The notes beneath the pieces are model-generated. The model was not told the origin of the DNA. It ran no database searches and saw only the letters and a program-made list of their open reading frames with translations. A stretch of DNA of 61,047 bases, counting the filler, from Sphacelaria rigidula (Eukaryota): the NCBI GenBank assembly GCA_964200075.2. It is 7 parts of 7 records of this genome, joined end to end, with 100 filler letters (N's around TTAATTAATTAA, not from the genome) between each part and the next. Parts side by side here need not be neighbours in the genome. Positions count along the whole stretch, not along the records: positions 34,943 to 43,577 come from CAXNAA020010529.1; positions 43,678 to 52,312 come from CAXNAA020010530.1; 5 more parts are not named here. One strand, 5' to 3'. The position numbers were made by a program, and so were the translations under genes. Shown here piece by piece: positions 37,658-50,477 of the stretch (position 1 is its first letter; each line of letters starts with the position of its first letter).

Positions 37658-39443
37658 CTGCCATGCCAACAGCAACATTAAAAACAAGCGAGATGTCAAA
37701 ATGAGGGTGGGCGGGGGATTGATTGCGACGACTCAAAGGGATTCACGGGCGTGCTACACAACCAGACCCAAATCGATTTGAACTTGTATGTAAGTATGTT
37801 AGTGGGCACGGTGCCAAGGAGTGTCAATACGCATGTTTCGTCGACACTTTTTTTTTTGTCATACTTCGAAGACCAACTCTTACGGGAGCTCTTCGAAATT
37901 TGATGCTTGAAAATTTTGAACGGCTGGTGCAAAAAACACTCTCAAGGGACAAGATAGTGACCATTTTGAACAAAAGCGAGTCCCAAAACTCTAAACGGCT
38001 CCTCAATGTTGGCCAAGCGTTCATAATTAGGAGACGTTTCTGAACGCCCGGCCAAATTGAAGGACCCGTCTAAAGCTAGGTGAAGAGCGAACATTCAAGA
38101 AATGTCACGTTTTACTGTACTGCAGCATAACCGCACTCACTGCCCTCTCATGTGCTGCAGCTGTCACTGGCATGTTTAGACCTTGCGAAGACGGTTTGGT
38201 CTCCGCCGGAGTTGCCTGAGCTTTCATATTGTTGTATTCCGCTCTGTATAAAAAAGTTGTAATCGGCATGCGGTGCTGTCTCGTCAAAGTCGAAAACGCC
38301 ATCAGGTGTTCGTTGGATATCGTGGGATACTGCATCAATAGTGTCTTTCGCAATGAAGGAGCCGCTTCTGGCCGAGACCCATCAGTTCCTGTCTGTAGCT
38401 GACACTGTAGTGTGGTGGGTTTGAACCCTGCGTTAACGGTTCGATCTCCGCGGAGGATTGCATGAATTGCTGCACTGTTGTGTCCCTATTGATACAAAAG
38501 TTGTAGTCGGTACACAGTGCTGCCTACATGCACATTATTGAAAACGCCATCATGGTGTGTTGGCTACTGTGTCGTCTGTACAACGAACTTGGCGCGTCTT
38601 GCCCACACTCATCACTTTTACGCTATGGTTACCGCGGTACTGCGGGTGCATTTGAAACCTTCGAACACGGTTTGATCTGCGCTGGACATTGCCTGAGCTG
38701 CTGTACTACCGCTCTGTTGCAGTCTGTACAGATTTGGGGAGGGGGTGGGGAAGAGGTGCCGTCTATACGAAGTTGGAGTGATTAATTCGATTGATTGGTT
38801 GTCGCACTTTAACCGTGGTGACATGATGCACGTACCCAAGAGACAAAACAATACTGAAACACTCGCTGAAGAAAAAGAAGGAGCAGAAAAAGTCGAAGAG
38901 AACGACATGGTAGACCAAGACGTGAAAAAAAAAAAGAGAATAAAAAGCCGGCAAAAGCAAAGCACAAAAAGAGATGGCCGGTCCGAACAAAGAAAGAACA
39001 AAAGAAGAACAAAAGAAGAACAAATAAGAAAAGTGCAACGTCGATTTTTGCCTGACGCGATTTTAAATGGAGACAAAAAAGACACTTTCATGGCACAAAA
39101 TTAGGGCTGCACGTACATGAAGCTGGCGCGACCTAGGAGTTATGCACCTGTACAATAGTACCCAGAGTAAGCATAACGGCTGCTCAGGCATCACCAGGCA
39201 TGACGTCACGATCGTAGTGCAACAAAGAGTGGGTCGCGCTTGTGTCCACTGTTGTGCTGTTGTGTCCAGTACGAGTACTACACCTGCCTGCCTGTGAAAC
39301 ACAGGAAATGTACCCTCGACAAGACAAATTACACCTAAATCGGCGCTCAGTACTATGTAGCAGCGACGGCAAGAGCACCGTGAACTTGAGAGAAAGGCAA
39401 GGTACTCGGCGAAAACTGTTGCACACAAAGCGATAAGTGGTGT

Positions 39444-39474
<31 letters not shown>

Positions 39475-39715
39475 GTGCACGCTCGGGGCACAGGGGAAAA
39501 TCGCAAACCACAGTCGAACAAGCCATCACGCCAAACCTCTGGATCGGTGACGAAACGCTTTAACTGCGGTGGTATATGACAATACGAAAGAGCAAGATTC
39601 CGGTTGTACATATCATCAAAGAACAGGTTCACAGCACGTCGTGCCCGACTTAATACGCCGCTTTTTCAGAACACAAACGATGAATTCTGGGTAAGCAATC
39701 TGCAACACCGCGCAC

Positions 39716-39775
39716 CTTAGCGGGAAGCTCTTCCTTTTCCGCGACATGAAGCTCCTCTAGCCGTCTCACCTCCTC
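39716..39775 (-). CDS. SPC25: SPC25 exon 3
   Basis: tgcag|EEVRRLEELHVAEKEELPAK|gtgcgc; 60 bp, phase 0/0. Confidence 0.8.
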
Positions 39776-40377
39776 CTGCACAGCATACCACCCAATCATG
39801 TACAGGGGAGAAGAAAAAACTTACAAATATATACATAGATATATGTAGGGCATGGTATGGGATTGGTTCCGATGTGAACACACAAAAACTGCGGAAGGTA
39901 AGCACGAAACTCAGTTGAAAATGGTCACAACGCTATGCCCTAAAGCACTACACGACACACGAAGTCGGCGTGAGATGAATTACGGCGAGAGCACAAAGTG
40001 AACAAAACAATAGTCATTATCCACGCAGGCAGCTTACCATCACCATGGACCTTCCATCTGGTGCAGCAGTCTACAAATCCAGTCCATTGTGCCACGAGTT
40101 TGGAACACGAGTGTCGCAGAGCAGTACAAACGTACACTCGAAGACGCGCTACACGCCGTGCTTCCCGACTCATTATTACCCGATATCGGCCGTAGCGCAC
40201 TTTTAGGTTCACAGTAGTGCCAGCAGCTCTACACCCTCTCCGGCGACGCCTTACCTGGATCTGTATACTGCCTACACTACTGCAATCCCTCCGGTTGTGC
40301 TGTACGGCACAATATCCTACTCCGCCGCCGAACCGCACTCCAAGCTCTAGAGTACAGCAGTAGCACAGTACTTGTAC

Positions 40378-40506
40378 CTGCAGTTGTTCCTCTTGCTGCT
40401 GAGCCACAGCTGTGTAGTGCACGGCCTGAGCTTTGGTGTCCTCCTCCGCCTTCCTTATGTCCAGAACGTCATCCGCGCGAGCTTTCATGGACTGTTCGAA
40501 GTCGGC
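40378..40506 (-). CDS. SPC25: SPC25 exon 2
   Basis: cag|ADFEQSMKARADDVLDIRKAEEDTKAQAVHYTAVAQQQEEQLQ|gtacaa; 129 bp, phase 0/0. Confidence 0.8.
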
Positions 40507-42742
40507 CTGGTGCCAACAAGCATCGTCCACAAACGTTCCGCACGATGGATGTTGAAAACCCCCCCGAGATATCACCAAAGTGAAGAAAAAGAAAGAAAGG
40601 GTATTCTACAATATCTTACGCAACTAATAACAAATACCTTTCGGACCCTGATTCGAACAAGGGGGCTTATGGTCATCAAGCAATTCTTGTACTGGTGCGA
40701 TACAGGTGAACAGGATACCCTTTGCCTATACTTGACAATCTTGGAACTTACGGGGTGGTAGTGACACGCCTCGAATATGTTTCGCTGTTGCACTGCATAT
40801 ACATCGTCTCACGTGTACAGCACTGCTCCTCTACTCAAGTGTGTCATCGCTCTCTACAGCACACGATCTATGTCGCATTTATCTCTGGTACCGTTCCACG
40901 ACAGTGTAAAGCTCTTTTGACGACACAAGGGTGTGCAGGCAGGTCGCAAAAACAACCCGAAAAGCACAACGTAAATGCCTCCTGTTTTCTGCGGTCCAGC
41001 AACTCAGTGGACGCGTCCAGTTTGGGTAAAACAAGATTTGACCGCGAGGTAGTCCAATAAATCTATCTGCGCGGGAACATCAGGGATAAAGCGACCAATC
41101 AAAGCTTCCGACGGGGTCGCAGCTCTCCCCTCCTGACCCGCTCATGAACCTAGGATTCACGTAGAAGTTCGATTGGTCGACCTGAAAGGCTTTCGGAGGT
41201 GCTCACGGTAGACTTCGATACTCCAGGTTCTCTGGATTCCCAGGGTATTCCCAGCGCCCAGCACAATACTACAGAGTGCCTGGAGTGTTGACTCACCGAC
41301 AGCATTACTTCCGGAATACCCGGAATCTTGACGCATCCAATGAACAGATGATTCCAGACTGCACCTTGAGTACAAGTACCGATTAGAAGTGTTGAAAATC
41401 GAACGGAACAAAAAGCTCGATACGATTTCTTAAAATATCGACTGAAAAACGCCGATACCGACATTTTTCATCGATACGTGGAAAATGGCCAAACAACCGG
41501 TTTCTGGTTTTCTGAGCCTCTTTTGCTGTTTTGAACGGTCATTTTTGCAAAAAAAGGCGGGGGGCGTAAGAAAAGGGGGAGCCCGATGATGTGAAGGCAC
41601 TACCTCCCTCTTTTTCAAGCAGGCGAGGCCCCTGAGCGAGCCAGTTTGCGTGTCGAACGTATCGGCTTACCAACTCGCGATTCCGATACTGAGTATTACC
41701 CAAAATCGCGATCAATACTCGATATTGGGATGAAATCTTTTCAATACTGCCGAGTAATATATAATAGTACCAAGTACACAGGAGTACCTCGAGTACCGAC
41801 TCTTTCAAAGACCTGACTATTCCAGAATAACTGGAGCATCGATACCTCGTGCTACTAGGAGCTTGGGGTAGTCAACCTGTGACCACGGAAGGCGTCCCGC
41901 CTCAGATGCCCAGTACAGAGTACAGCGCAGATATCGGAACGGTTTTAATATGAAGACAACAACAACAACGACAACAACGAGGACTCGGACTCTACCCTAT
42001 CATCAACCACCGTTGAAAGATTTTCTCCTACCATCTGAATGTCTGTAACCCCGCATTTCTCCCCGTCCCCTCGAAGAAGACCCTCATCCCCCCACTCCAA
42101 CGGAACCCCCTGAACTGTCAACAGGCGAAACTATTCCGAACCGAAGCCCGCAGTCAAGGGGCTACACTCGAGAAAGGAACCAAAGCGCTCTGCATTAGAA
42201 AGCCCATGACGGGAGTGTTTTATTGATGGAGGTTCTAATGGGTGAGGCGCGACCCCGGGAGATACTGTACTGTACTGTACAAATACAACACCGTTTGACC
42301 GTTCATCAACATGTAACTTGCAATATTTTTACCATCTTACCGGGTAACAGGCGGGACAGCACCGAGCAGTTGACCGCATGTTCGTTCAAGACGTTACACA
42401 ATATACAACATAAAAAGTTATGTCGAATGGCAGTTAATGACGTCCACAGACCCCCCAAGCTGCAGTTGAGTGCATATAGCAAAGAGGGCGCAGTACAGTA
42501 GTGCAGTGCAGTGCAGGCAGCGAGGTGCACCACAGTGCCTAGTACAGGGCGGGGCCGCAGCCCGCGTTACTGTACTGTGATGAGAATTTGAAAATTTGAA
42601 AATTCAACTAATCAGAACATGTACAGACCCAGAGGTAAAGTCCACAACGGCGCCTGAGGTCAACATACCCATGAGCACCGAGCAAGATGCAAACGACGAA
42701 CAGGATAACGCTGACGTCAAGTGCATGCATCATTCATCCAAC

Positions 42743-42931
42743 CTGAAGATCGCCGAGGCGCTGCTCCCTCTCGGCGACCCAGTGGGACAGCTGTAGCTCC
42801 GTCCTGTGCAGCTCGGACCTTAGCTCCGCAGTCATGCGCTCGCCCATCGCCGCAACCGACTCATCGTTTTCCACCCCCCGACCGCCCCCACTACCGACAC
42901 TTAGTCCCCCTTCCACCGCTAGAGATACCAT
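42743..42931 (-). CDS. SPC25: SPC25 (NDC80 kinetochore complex) exon 1
   Basis: atcATGG start, MVSLAVEGG...ELRSELHRTELQLSHWVAEREQRLGDLQ|gttgga; 189 bp; start codon choice is inferred. Confidence 0.72.
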
Positions 42932-43523
42932 GATCCTCACTGGATAATTTGTGTCAGCGTGGTATGTTGCTGCTCAAGGCCAGGCAGGCGCACACCCTTC
43001 ACTCCAAGGTGCTCACACCGGGTGCAACGGACAAGTTGGAGTATGACACATGGGTATTCGGAGAGAAGTATGACGAAGGGTACGGACAGGGAGGACCAGT
43101 ACGTGTGTGTACACCGGTAAACCTCGCTCGCCCTTTCACTCCACGTTGACTCTACACATACAAAAATCGTCACCGCCTCTCTATTTTCTATAAACTGTAC
43201 TGTACTGTACTGTCTGTGTTGTGCCGCCGCCCGGAGGTCATAACCGCTCAATACTTGGCAAGCGTGCCAAGCGATATCTTCCAAAGCAGTATGCTCACCA
43301 CAGGTGGAAGGATTGAGGAGCGACATTCGCGCGATCCATCGCCGCTTGGAAGAGGTCGCGGAAAAGCAAGCGAAGACCGAAGCATGTTTTTTTTGCTGAG
43401 GAGAGCTGCAAGGGCTGTGGGGGCAGCGTATTACCCCCGCGCCTGGTGTTTCCCGCTTAGGCCCGAGTGTCCAGAGGCATTTTCCTTAGCCGAATCTATG
43501 TTGTTCACGTCCGGGAGCCGTGC

Positions 43524-43577
43524 GGGGGGGGGAATGTGCGTCGACGCGTCGACGCGTCGACGCACATTCCCCCCCCC
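43524..43577. repeat. Perfect 54-bp palindrome at a contig end
   Basis: G9-AATGTGCGTCGACGCGTC|GACGCGTCGACGCACATT-C9, no loop. Confidence 0.95.
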
Positions 43578-44249
43578 NNNNNNNNNNNNNNNNNNNNNNN
43601 NNNNNNNNNNNNNNNNNNNNNTTAATTAATTAANNNNNNNNNNNNNNNNNNNNNNNNNNNNNNNNNNNNNNNNNNNNGTGGGGTGATGCAAAGTGTCCAA
43701 GACGTGTGTTGGCGATTTCCCTGTTTGGGGGTCAAAAAGTGGGTCAAACGTCCCAAAAGTGAACAATTCGTGGCCCAAAAATCTGTGTGCCATGACGTCC
43801 GGCCTTAGCTTAGGAAAAAAAAAACTTTCCCTCCCGCATATTTTTTATATTCAATGTGCTATACTCATTCTCTATCCCAAATTTTTAAGTTCAACTCTCA
43901 GAATTGAGGTGAGGCGGGGTCTGTACACGACAAAATTCGCGTCCGGGCTGCTCCAGCTGGTTCATGACATGACAACATTTTACATATCTCATCTCCTTCC
44001 TATTCGCCGTCCATGGCCACCGTCCATCTCCCAGTATGTATGGTGATGGTTTCTCGCCACCATCTAATGTACCAAACGATTTCATGTAATATTTGCCTAT
44101 AATAGTTCCCACATGTCCCCCGTTTGTCACGCGTCCGGTTTCTCCATGTGTGGATAACATTTTCCCACCATACAAACACTGGATGGCTGTAAAATGGCAG
44201 ACATACCCAAGGGAAGATCGAGGCCCTACACCACGTGTGGTCATGTCAA

Positions 44250-44440
44250 CAGAGGTATCTCAAACTCGGTTTCCTGGTTTGTTTTGTTTAACTTCTTCAA
44301 GTGAAAGTGATGGCGATTCATCAGATGACGAGACCCTTTGACACGCCAGGTCAGGTCCTGCTATGAATCGCCAACACTTTCACCTGAAAAAGTAGAAGAA
44401 AACAAACCAGGAAACCGGGAACCGAGTTTGAGATATCTCT
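44250..44440. mobile_element. Small MITE-like inverted repeat
   Basis: tatctcaaactcggtttcctggtttgtttt pairs with aaaacaaaccaggaaacc...accgagtttgagata. Confidence 0.7.
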
Positions 44441-45324
44441 AATATGCATAACATCTTCGGCGTCAGTTTGGGCCGAAGCTCGTATAATAGTGGGGCGGCG
44501 TGTTCGCTGCGCCAAGTTGACAGGGGGTTTCAGTGGGTTTAATTCCCACACTTCCTTGAGCATCCGAATGCTCGAGGCGTCTGCCGCACACGACTGCCGC
44601 GAGGCGATCTAGCCGAGCCTCCGAGGAACCGACACACGAGTCCGTTCGCGCGGTGAGTCTTGGGCGAGATTTCCTCCTGCCTTCATCGAAAAAGAATCTT
44701 TGGCGTCAGACGCTACGGGTGAGACCAATGGCAAGACTGACTACATCTGATAAGATAAAACACTGCATGAGTTAGGACTCGGAGCTCACGGCATGCACGG
44801 TGTGTTTTCTATTGCCATGAGGGGGCAGTGTTCGTGAAAAGAGAGGAGATTCTCAACTCAGTACGTCGGGGTTTCGAGCAGTGAAGGCCAGCTGGTGATA
44901 TTGATCCGGAATGGAGATATCATGGTCCTCGGGACGCCTCCGTAGTCTCACGAGATTGACTCATCTCTCCCCCACTACCTGCCTGGCACTGTTACAGTAG
45001 TCAGCGTCGGAAGTAAGCAGAATTCGTAGTTTCTTAGTTTCTCAAAGATTTTACAAATTTGTTTCGCTTGCCACCGCTCATCACAGTGACTGTTGGACGC
45101 CAAAAAATGGGCATCAGGGGACAGTTTTATCCTCTCAACACATATTGAAAGAAATAATATCTGCGATCAATATTGAGTGACTTACGGGCTTGACCAATCT
45201 TCGGGGGTCCTGCGAAAGTGCAACACCAGAATCTAGCTTTTCAATATTTTGGTGGACAGACTCGATCCCGATCATATAATCGAAGACTCAAGAAGGCCTT
45301 TTTTATTTTTATTTCACCTACTCA

Positions 45325-46025
45325 CTGCGCTAAAGCCGAAAAAATTATGTTTCTTGGACCATTCACGGTCAATAACACCCTCCTGGTAAACGGGGTATCT
45401 AGTCCGTATCGCCCCCACAACACCAACTTGGGCATTGTGGTTTGAGCACGGTCTGCTTATTTTGCCAAAACTTTCGACGCTGGCACTTTCGAGTGCTCAT
45501 GGAAAATGTCATGCGAAAACCTCCCGAAAAGAGGCTATCCGCAGAAAATGCGAGACTGAGGTCTGTGCAGCATAGGAGGGAAACACGATCTCGATCGTTA
45601 TTGTGAAGAATTGTATACGTATTGATTCATCTGAATATTCCACACCCTGGGCAATATATGGTCAATAGATGAAATAGACGAGAAGTGTACTGCATCAAGT
45701 ATAGGCCTTTTGTAACTATTGTCGGCCGACAAAAGTCGCAATAGGCCTATACTTAATGCAGTACGTTTCTTGTCTATTGCAACTTTTGACCATTCATTGT
45801 CTGGGGTGTGGAATGTTCACCGTTTCGTTGCGGAAGAGCCGGAAAACTGTTTACATTGGACCAAAAACGGTCAGTAATACCCTCCTGATAAACGGGGAAT
45901 CTAGTCCCTATCGCCCCCAAAACACCAACTTGGGCACTGCAGTTTGAGCGCGGCCTACGTTTAGTCCCTATATCTACCGGCGCTAGCACTTTCAAGTGGT
46001 AATGAAAAATAGTACTCGAGAAAAA
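45325..46025. repeat. Direct duplication (45325-45520, 45835-46025) flanking foldback palindrome family B copy 2 (45637-45814)
   Basis: Shared acggtca.taa.accctcctg.taaacgggg.atctagtcc.tatcgccccca.aacaccaacttgggca; central palindrome attccacaccc...ggggtgtggaat. Confidence 0.85.
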
Positions 46026-47026
46026 CTCAAAAACTACAACAACTACGAATTCTGAAAACTTCTGATGCTGACCACTACATCGCATCGCCGATTGGACCAG
46101 CACTACTGCACCCCGTCGGTCCTGGTCAATTTTGCTTCCGGTACTCACGGTGTCACCCTTTCAGCGACGGAAGCCAGATTTTGCTGCAAAAAGATCGTCT
46201 CTGTCGGGGTTCGGTGGCTAGTTGGCACTTCGTCGCTGTGTCGCGGATTGGACAAGCACTCCCGCGTACCCCTCGACCCGAGTCAAACTTTTCTTCACTC
46301 ACTTTCGCCCTCCCGCTTTCAACAACAGAACGCAAATCTTGCTCGAACAGAACGTACTGAACCTATCCAGTGTCGAGCGTACACCCTTCCGCAATAACGG
46401 GCAGTTGGCTCGTCGATCAGGTTTACATGAGGCAGACCAGTCACTGAATGGGCGACTGGACCAGAGCAACACGCAATTCCGTGTCTGAGGAATCCTGCTG
46501 TTGTCACCGTGGTCTGTCATGTACTGCCCGCGACTGCCGCGTACGGCGCGCTTATGTAGAAAGTTCCAACGCGCGGATGTCCTTTTTCGACTGTTGCTGT
46601 TTTTGTTGCGGTTGGTGGTTCTACTGCCTGGATTGTGACCAATGAGACAATAGTACGCTGGCATCTTCTTGGATAATGCAACTCTTTCTGGCCGTTAAGA
46701 AAAAAAATTGAAGGGCACCGACTCTATCGGTCCCTCAGGGGGAGCTGTGCGGGGGCGTCATCACTCGACTCTGTATCATACAATATCCCAACACGAAAGA
46801 TGCACCATGTTTCTTTTCCAGTCCGATGTGTTTTCTAACTGTGGAGTGCGAAACTCATGTGCATGTGTTTGCTGGCGAAGCATTCGTAGACTAACATCAA
46901 GAAGCGAAAAGTTGGCAGCGGCACGCACATACTTGCGCCTGGTAATTCCTGTGTCGCGACAACGAACGATAAATTCTTATACTCTCTGACAAGCTGGACG
47001 AAGGATATATTACGGTGTATAACACC

Positions 47027-47062
47027 CCCGTCGCCGTCGGGCGACGGGCGTTTTCGTCAAGT
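47027..47062 (+). mobile_element. Possible Helitron 3' terminus
   Basis: Perfect GC-rich hairpin CCCGTCGCC-GTCG-GGCGACGGG followed 9 nt later by CAAG-T (one mismatch from CTAG-T). Confidence 0.45.
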
Positions 47063-50000
47063 TTTCAACATCACTGTACACCGCACAAGTGATAGCGTCC
47101 GAATAATTTTTTCGTTCGATGATCTTGACAGCTTTGCAACTTTGTACTTTATGGAATCGCAGACCTTAGGGGAAACATCGCCGTGGGGTTGTGGGGAAAT
47201 TCGTCACCTTGGGTGGGTGAGCTTGCGAATTGGAAATATCGCCTTGTCAGACTACTATACTGTAGCATCCTGTACTGTACCACTCTACTGTCCATAAATG
47301 ATACCATCAAATTGAATCGAGCCCAGTACCGGAGTCAAAAAATCTCTACCAAGTCTATGTACTACCCTGTGCTCCGGCGGGAAATGCACCAAGCAGCGAT
47401 CAGGAGCGGGCCCGTGTGAGCGGATAAGATGTGGCTTTCTCAACGAAATCCACGTACATGTCAAGGTACCGTCTACGATATTCTTCATCCCAACATGAGT
47501 CAAGATCCGTTTGAAACAACGACAGTGCGAGCGAAGTGAGTTCTAATATGAAACACATGCTCGCCTTCTCTTTCTTTCTTTTCCCCCTCCCCTTCTTCTC
47601 CTCCTGTGAAAATCACCTGTTGATATCCTCGGCTCGTGATGGACAGAGGCCGATGCCCAGCGACCTCATGTCGCGAGCCATGCGGTATGCCGGTCCTGGC
47701 GGCGGGGGGATGCAGCTGAAACGCGTCAGAGATTTGCAGCGCTGAGAAGAGACATAGCGCAGCGGCAGCCGTAGATTTTTCTCTGTGCGTGTGCCGACGA
47801 TTGTGACGATGGTATCTCCACCTAACGAAGACGACCATAGCAAGTACTGCCTGCCAATCCTGTCCCAGCCGTCTGACTGTGCCGTCATGACACTCCTTTT
47901 TCAAAATAGTTTCGCCCAATATCGTATGGTCAGACCCGCTGTTCCGATGTCTGATACCGGTGTTTTTGGAACGGTTATATGGTGATCAGATCATCACTTC
48001 AACACTTGAAAGGGATTGATCAGTAGATATCTTGAATTTACTATGGCCAACTGGTATTTTCTTGATATTGGGCTTGATTCCACTGTATCTGACATACTAA
48101 ATATGCAGGTATTCACATATATACGAACGTGCTGTCGTGGAGTATGAACATGCTATGTTTCGACCGCGGATCTAAAGTAGCACAGGGCAAAAATGATGTA
48201 ATGACGTTGGGGGAAGTGAGAGCTGCTCGCTGCTCGGGCTGCTATCGAGCAACAGGAGCATCATTCGTTGCGCGAAGGACGGAGCAGCATGGCGGGAATA
48301 CCAAGTTGGACAGCGTCAATGGGCATAAGGCTGCTCAGTGAAACCACCACCAGCAGTGAAAGCGCAGAGGAAGCTCATGCAGAAGAGCACGAGGATGTAA
48401 GTTTCCTTGAGCAGGGTCAACAAAGAAAGTCAGCGTGCTGTCTGTACTATCGGTTATCTGATGCCGAAGCTTTTTTGAAAACGCAACTACCGCGTTGACA
48501 AACTGCGTTACTACTCGACCACGACTTTACATGTGTTCATCGGGGCTATATTCCCGATGCCTGTCGATCGATCCGCATTGTTCTGGTCATCAGCCCGGCA
48601 TGGAGATACTCGCTTTTGAAAACCTCTCGGGGGGGGGAGTGCCATAGCGCAGTGTGGCAGTGGCCATGATGAGAAATATACGGAATATATCACCCACTGT
48701 AGCAGCACCTCAGCGATGGAGTGCGGTTGTCTCAGAGGGAAGAACAGCCAAACATTGTCTACAGAACCTCAGCGATGGACAAATAATCACGATCTATTTG
48801 CCTTACTCGTAGTTCCGTATCTGTAGACTAGGGCACCACTGACAAAAATCTAGGATAACATACTGAGGGTGGTATACCCCGTCACGTGTACCAACGAAAA
48901 GCCGTTCTCGGGTTATACTGAAACTGTCAATAGACCGTTCCATGCTGTACCCTAGTCAGGTCAGGCAACACCATTTTCCCCGTGGCAACGCCGAACAGAG
49001 TCACTTGCACCGTCCGTTAGTAGCGGGAGACATCTCGTTCTGCTGGAAGCAGCTCGGAAACCTCAGCCTTGGCAACGTATCCGATTTTTCGATTTTTCTG
49101 GCGAAATGAATCGCAAAAACGGTTGGCCTACGCCAGGGTTACACGTTATACGATAACATCGGCTTCTCGCTCTTGCTCAAGGATGACGTGATGACGTCCC
49201 GAAGAGAGCCAGACATTACACATGGGGCATCGCTCGGTCTGCAGCAGCACTGCCGTGGGCACGATACACGATAGGCTAGCACCATGCGAGTAGCCTAGTG
49301 CTGGATAGAGCACAGCGACGCAGCAGAGAGTACTCGGGCACACCTATGTGGGATGTCACAAGAGATGTCGCCGAAATCCGACGTACGGTGCAACACCTGT
49401 GTATGTTGCCCTTGTTCCATTTCATTTCTGTGCCGGACCCATTCAGAGCGATGTTGTGACGGCCCGTTAGCGCACCTTGGTACCCCCAAATCAGCTCGCA
49501 GCACAACGCACTAGAACACTACCCCGTGGTGTTGCTGTTTTGGGAATACTCGTAAAATTGTCTGCTTTGATACTCTCGACCGATGGCGGCCCAGCTACCG
49601 ATGTGTTTACCCTTGCCTTTTTTCAAATACAAAATACTACACTGTTGTGAGACGCATACAGGAGTTACATTTACAGTACACTACAGCCAATATGTCCGCT
49701 CCTTCGACACCCCATACTGGCGCCCCCTTAACACCAACAGTTAGCTTACATAGTAGCTCTGGAACACACCTATATACAGCTATGTAGGAAGCAAAACTGC
49801 ACATGGGCCTGTGTGCGACAAAGATAAACTCCAGACCTTTTCTCTATTGTTGTTGTGTTGTTGTTGTTGTTGGTCGGGGTGAATCGTGTTCTCCGCCCCA
49901 ATACTCTCTGCATAGTGTACAACAGCAATTAGTAAGTAGCAAGTAGATTTTCGGAACAATATTGTGGGCTAACCTCCAACGCAACCAATCCTGATGCTAC

Positions 50001-50477
50001 AGCTGAGCAGCTGTGCTATCTTCATAAGCACCCCCCCGCGCGCGCACCTCGACGACAATGTTCATTTGTCATTGTCAGGCCCTGCCCTGACGATGACATT
50101 ATTCAACAAGATCAGTTGTTCCTTGACATCATTTCAGTGTGTTCCTCTATTTCTTTGGTGGTGTCGAACCCCAAAGGTGCTGATTCTCGAGATTTTGCTC
50201 CTTGTGGTGGTGGCCCAGTTGTAAACACCGAACGACAGTAGCAGCAACACCGTGCAGTTTTTGCGAGCATAACATGGAGCAATGAGACGAGTCAGCCCTG
50301 TGCTTATTGCAAACACATTTTGCATCAGGACACGATGATTGATCTCTGGACCCACACAGATTAGTACCGTTGGGTCAACCAACCAAGTCAACACACGCAC
50401 GAAATTCGCGGTACAGTGACCGCTTCGTCGAAATTACGCGCAGGTTTTTTTTTCAACCCTTACGTACGGTTAGTTAT

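Noticed and set aside
46050..46670. Possible Copia gag/protease relic (minus strand)
   Set aside because: Only vague CCHC- and DSG-like hints; no LTRs identified.
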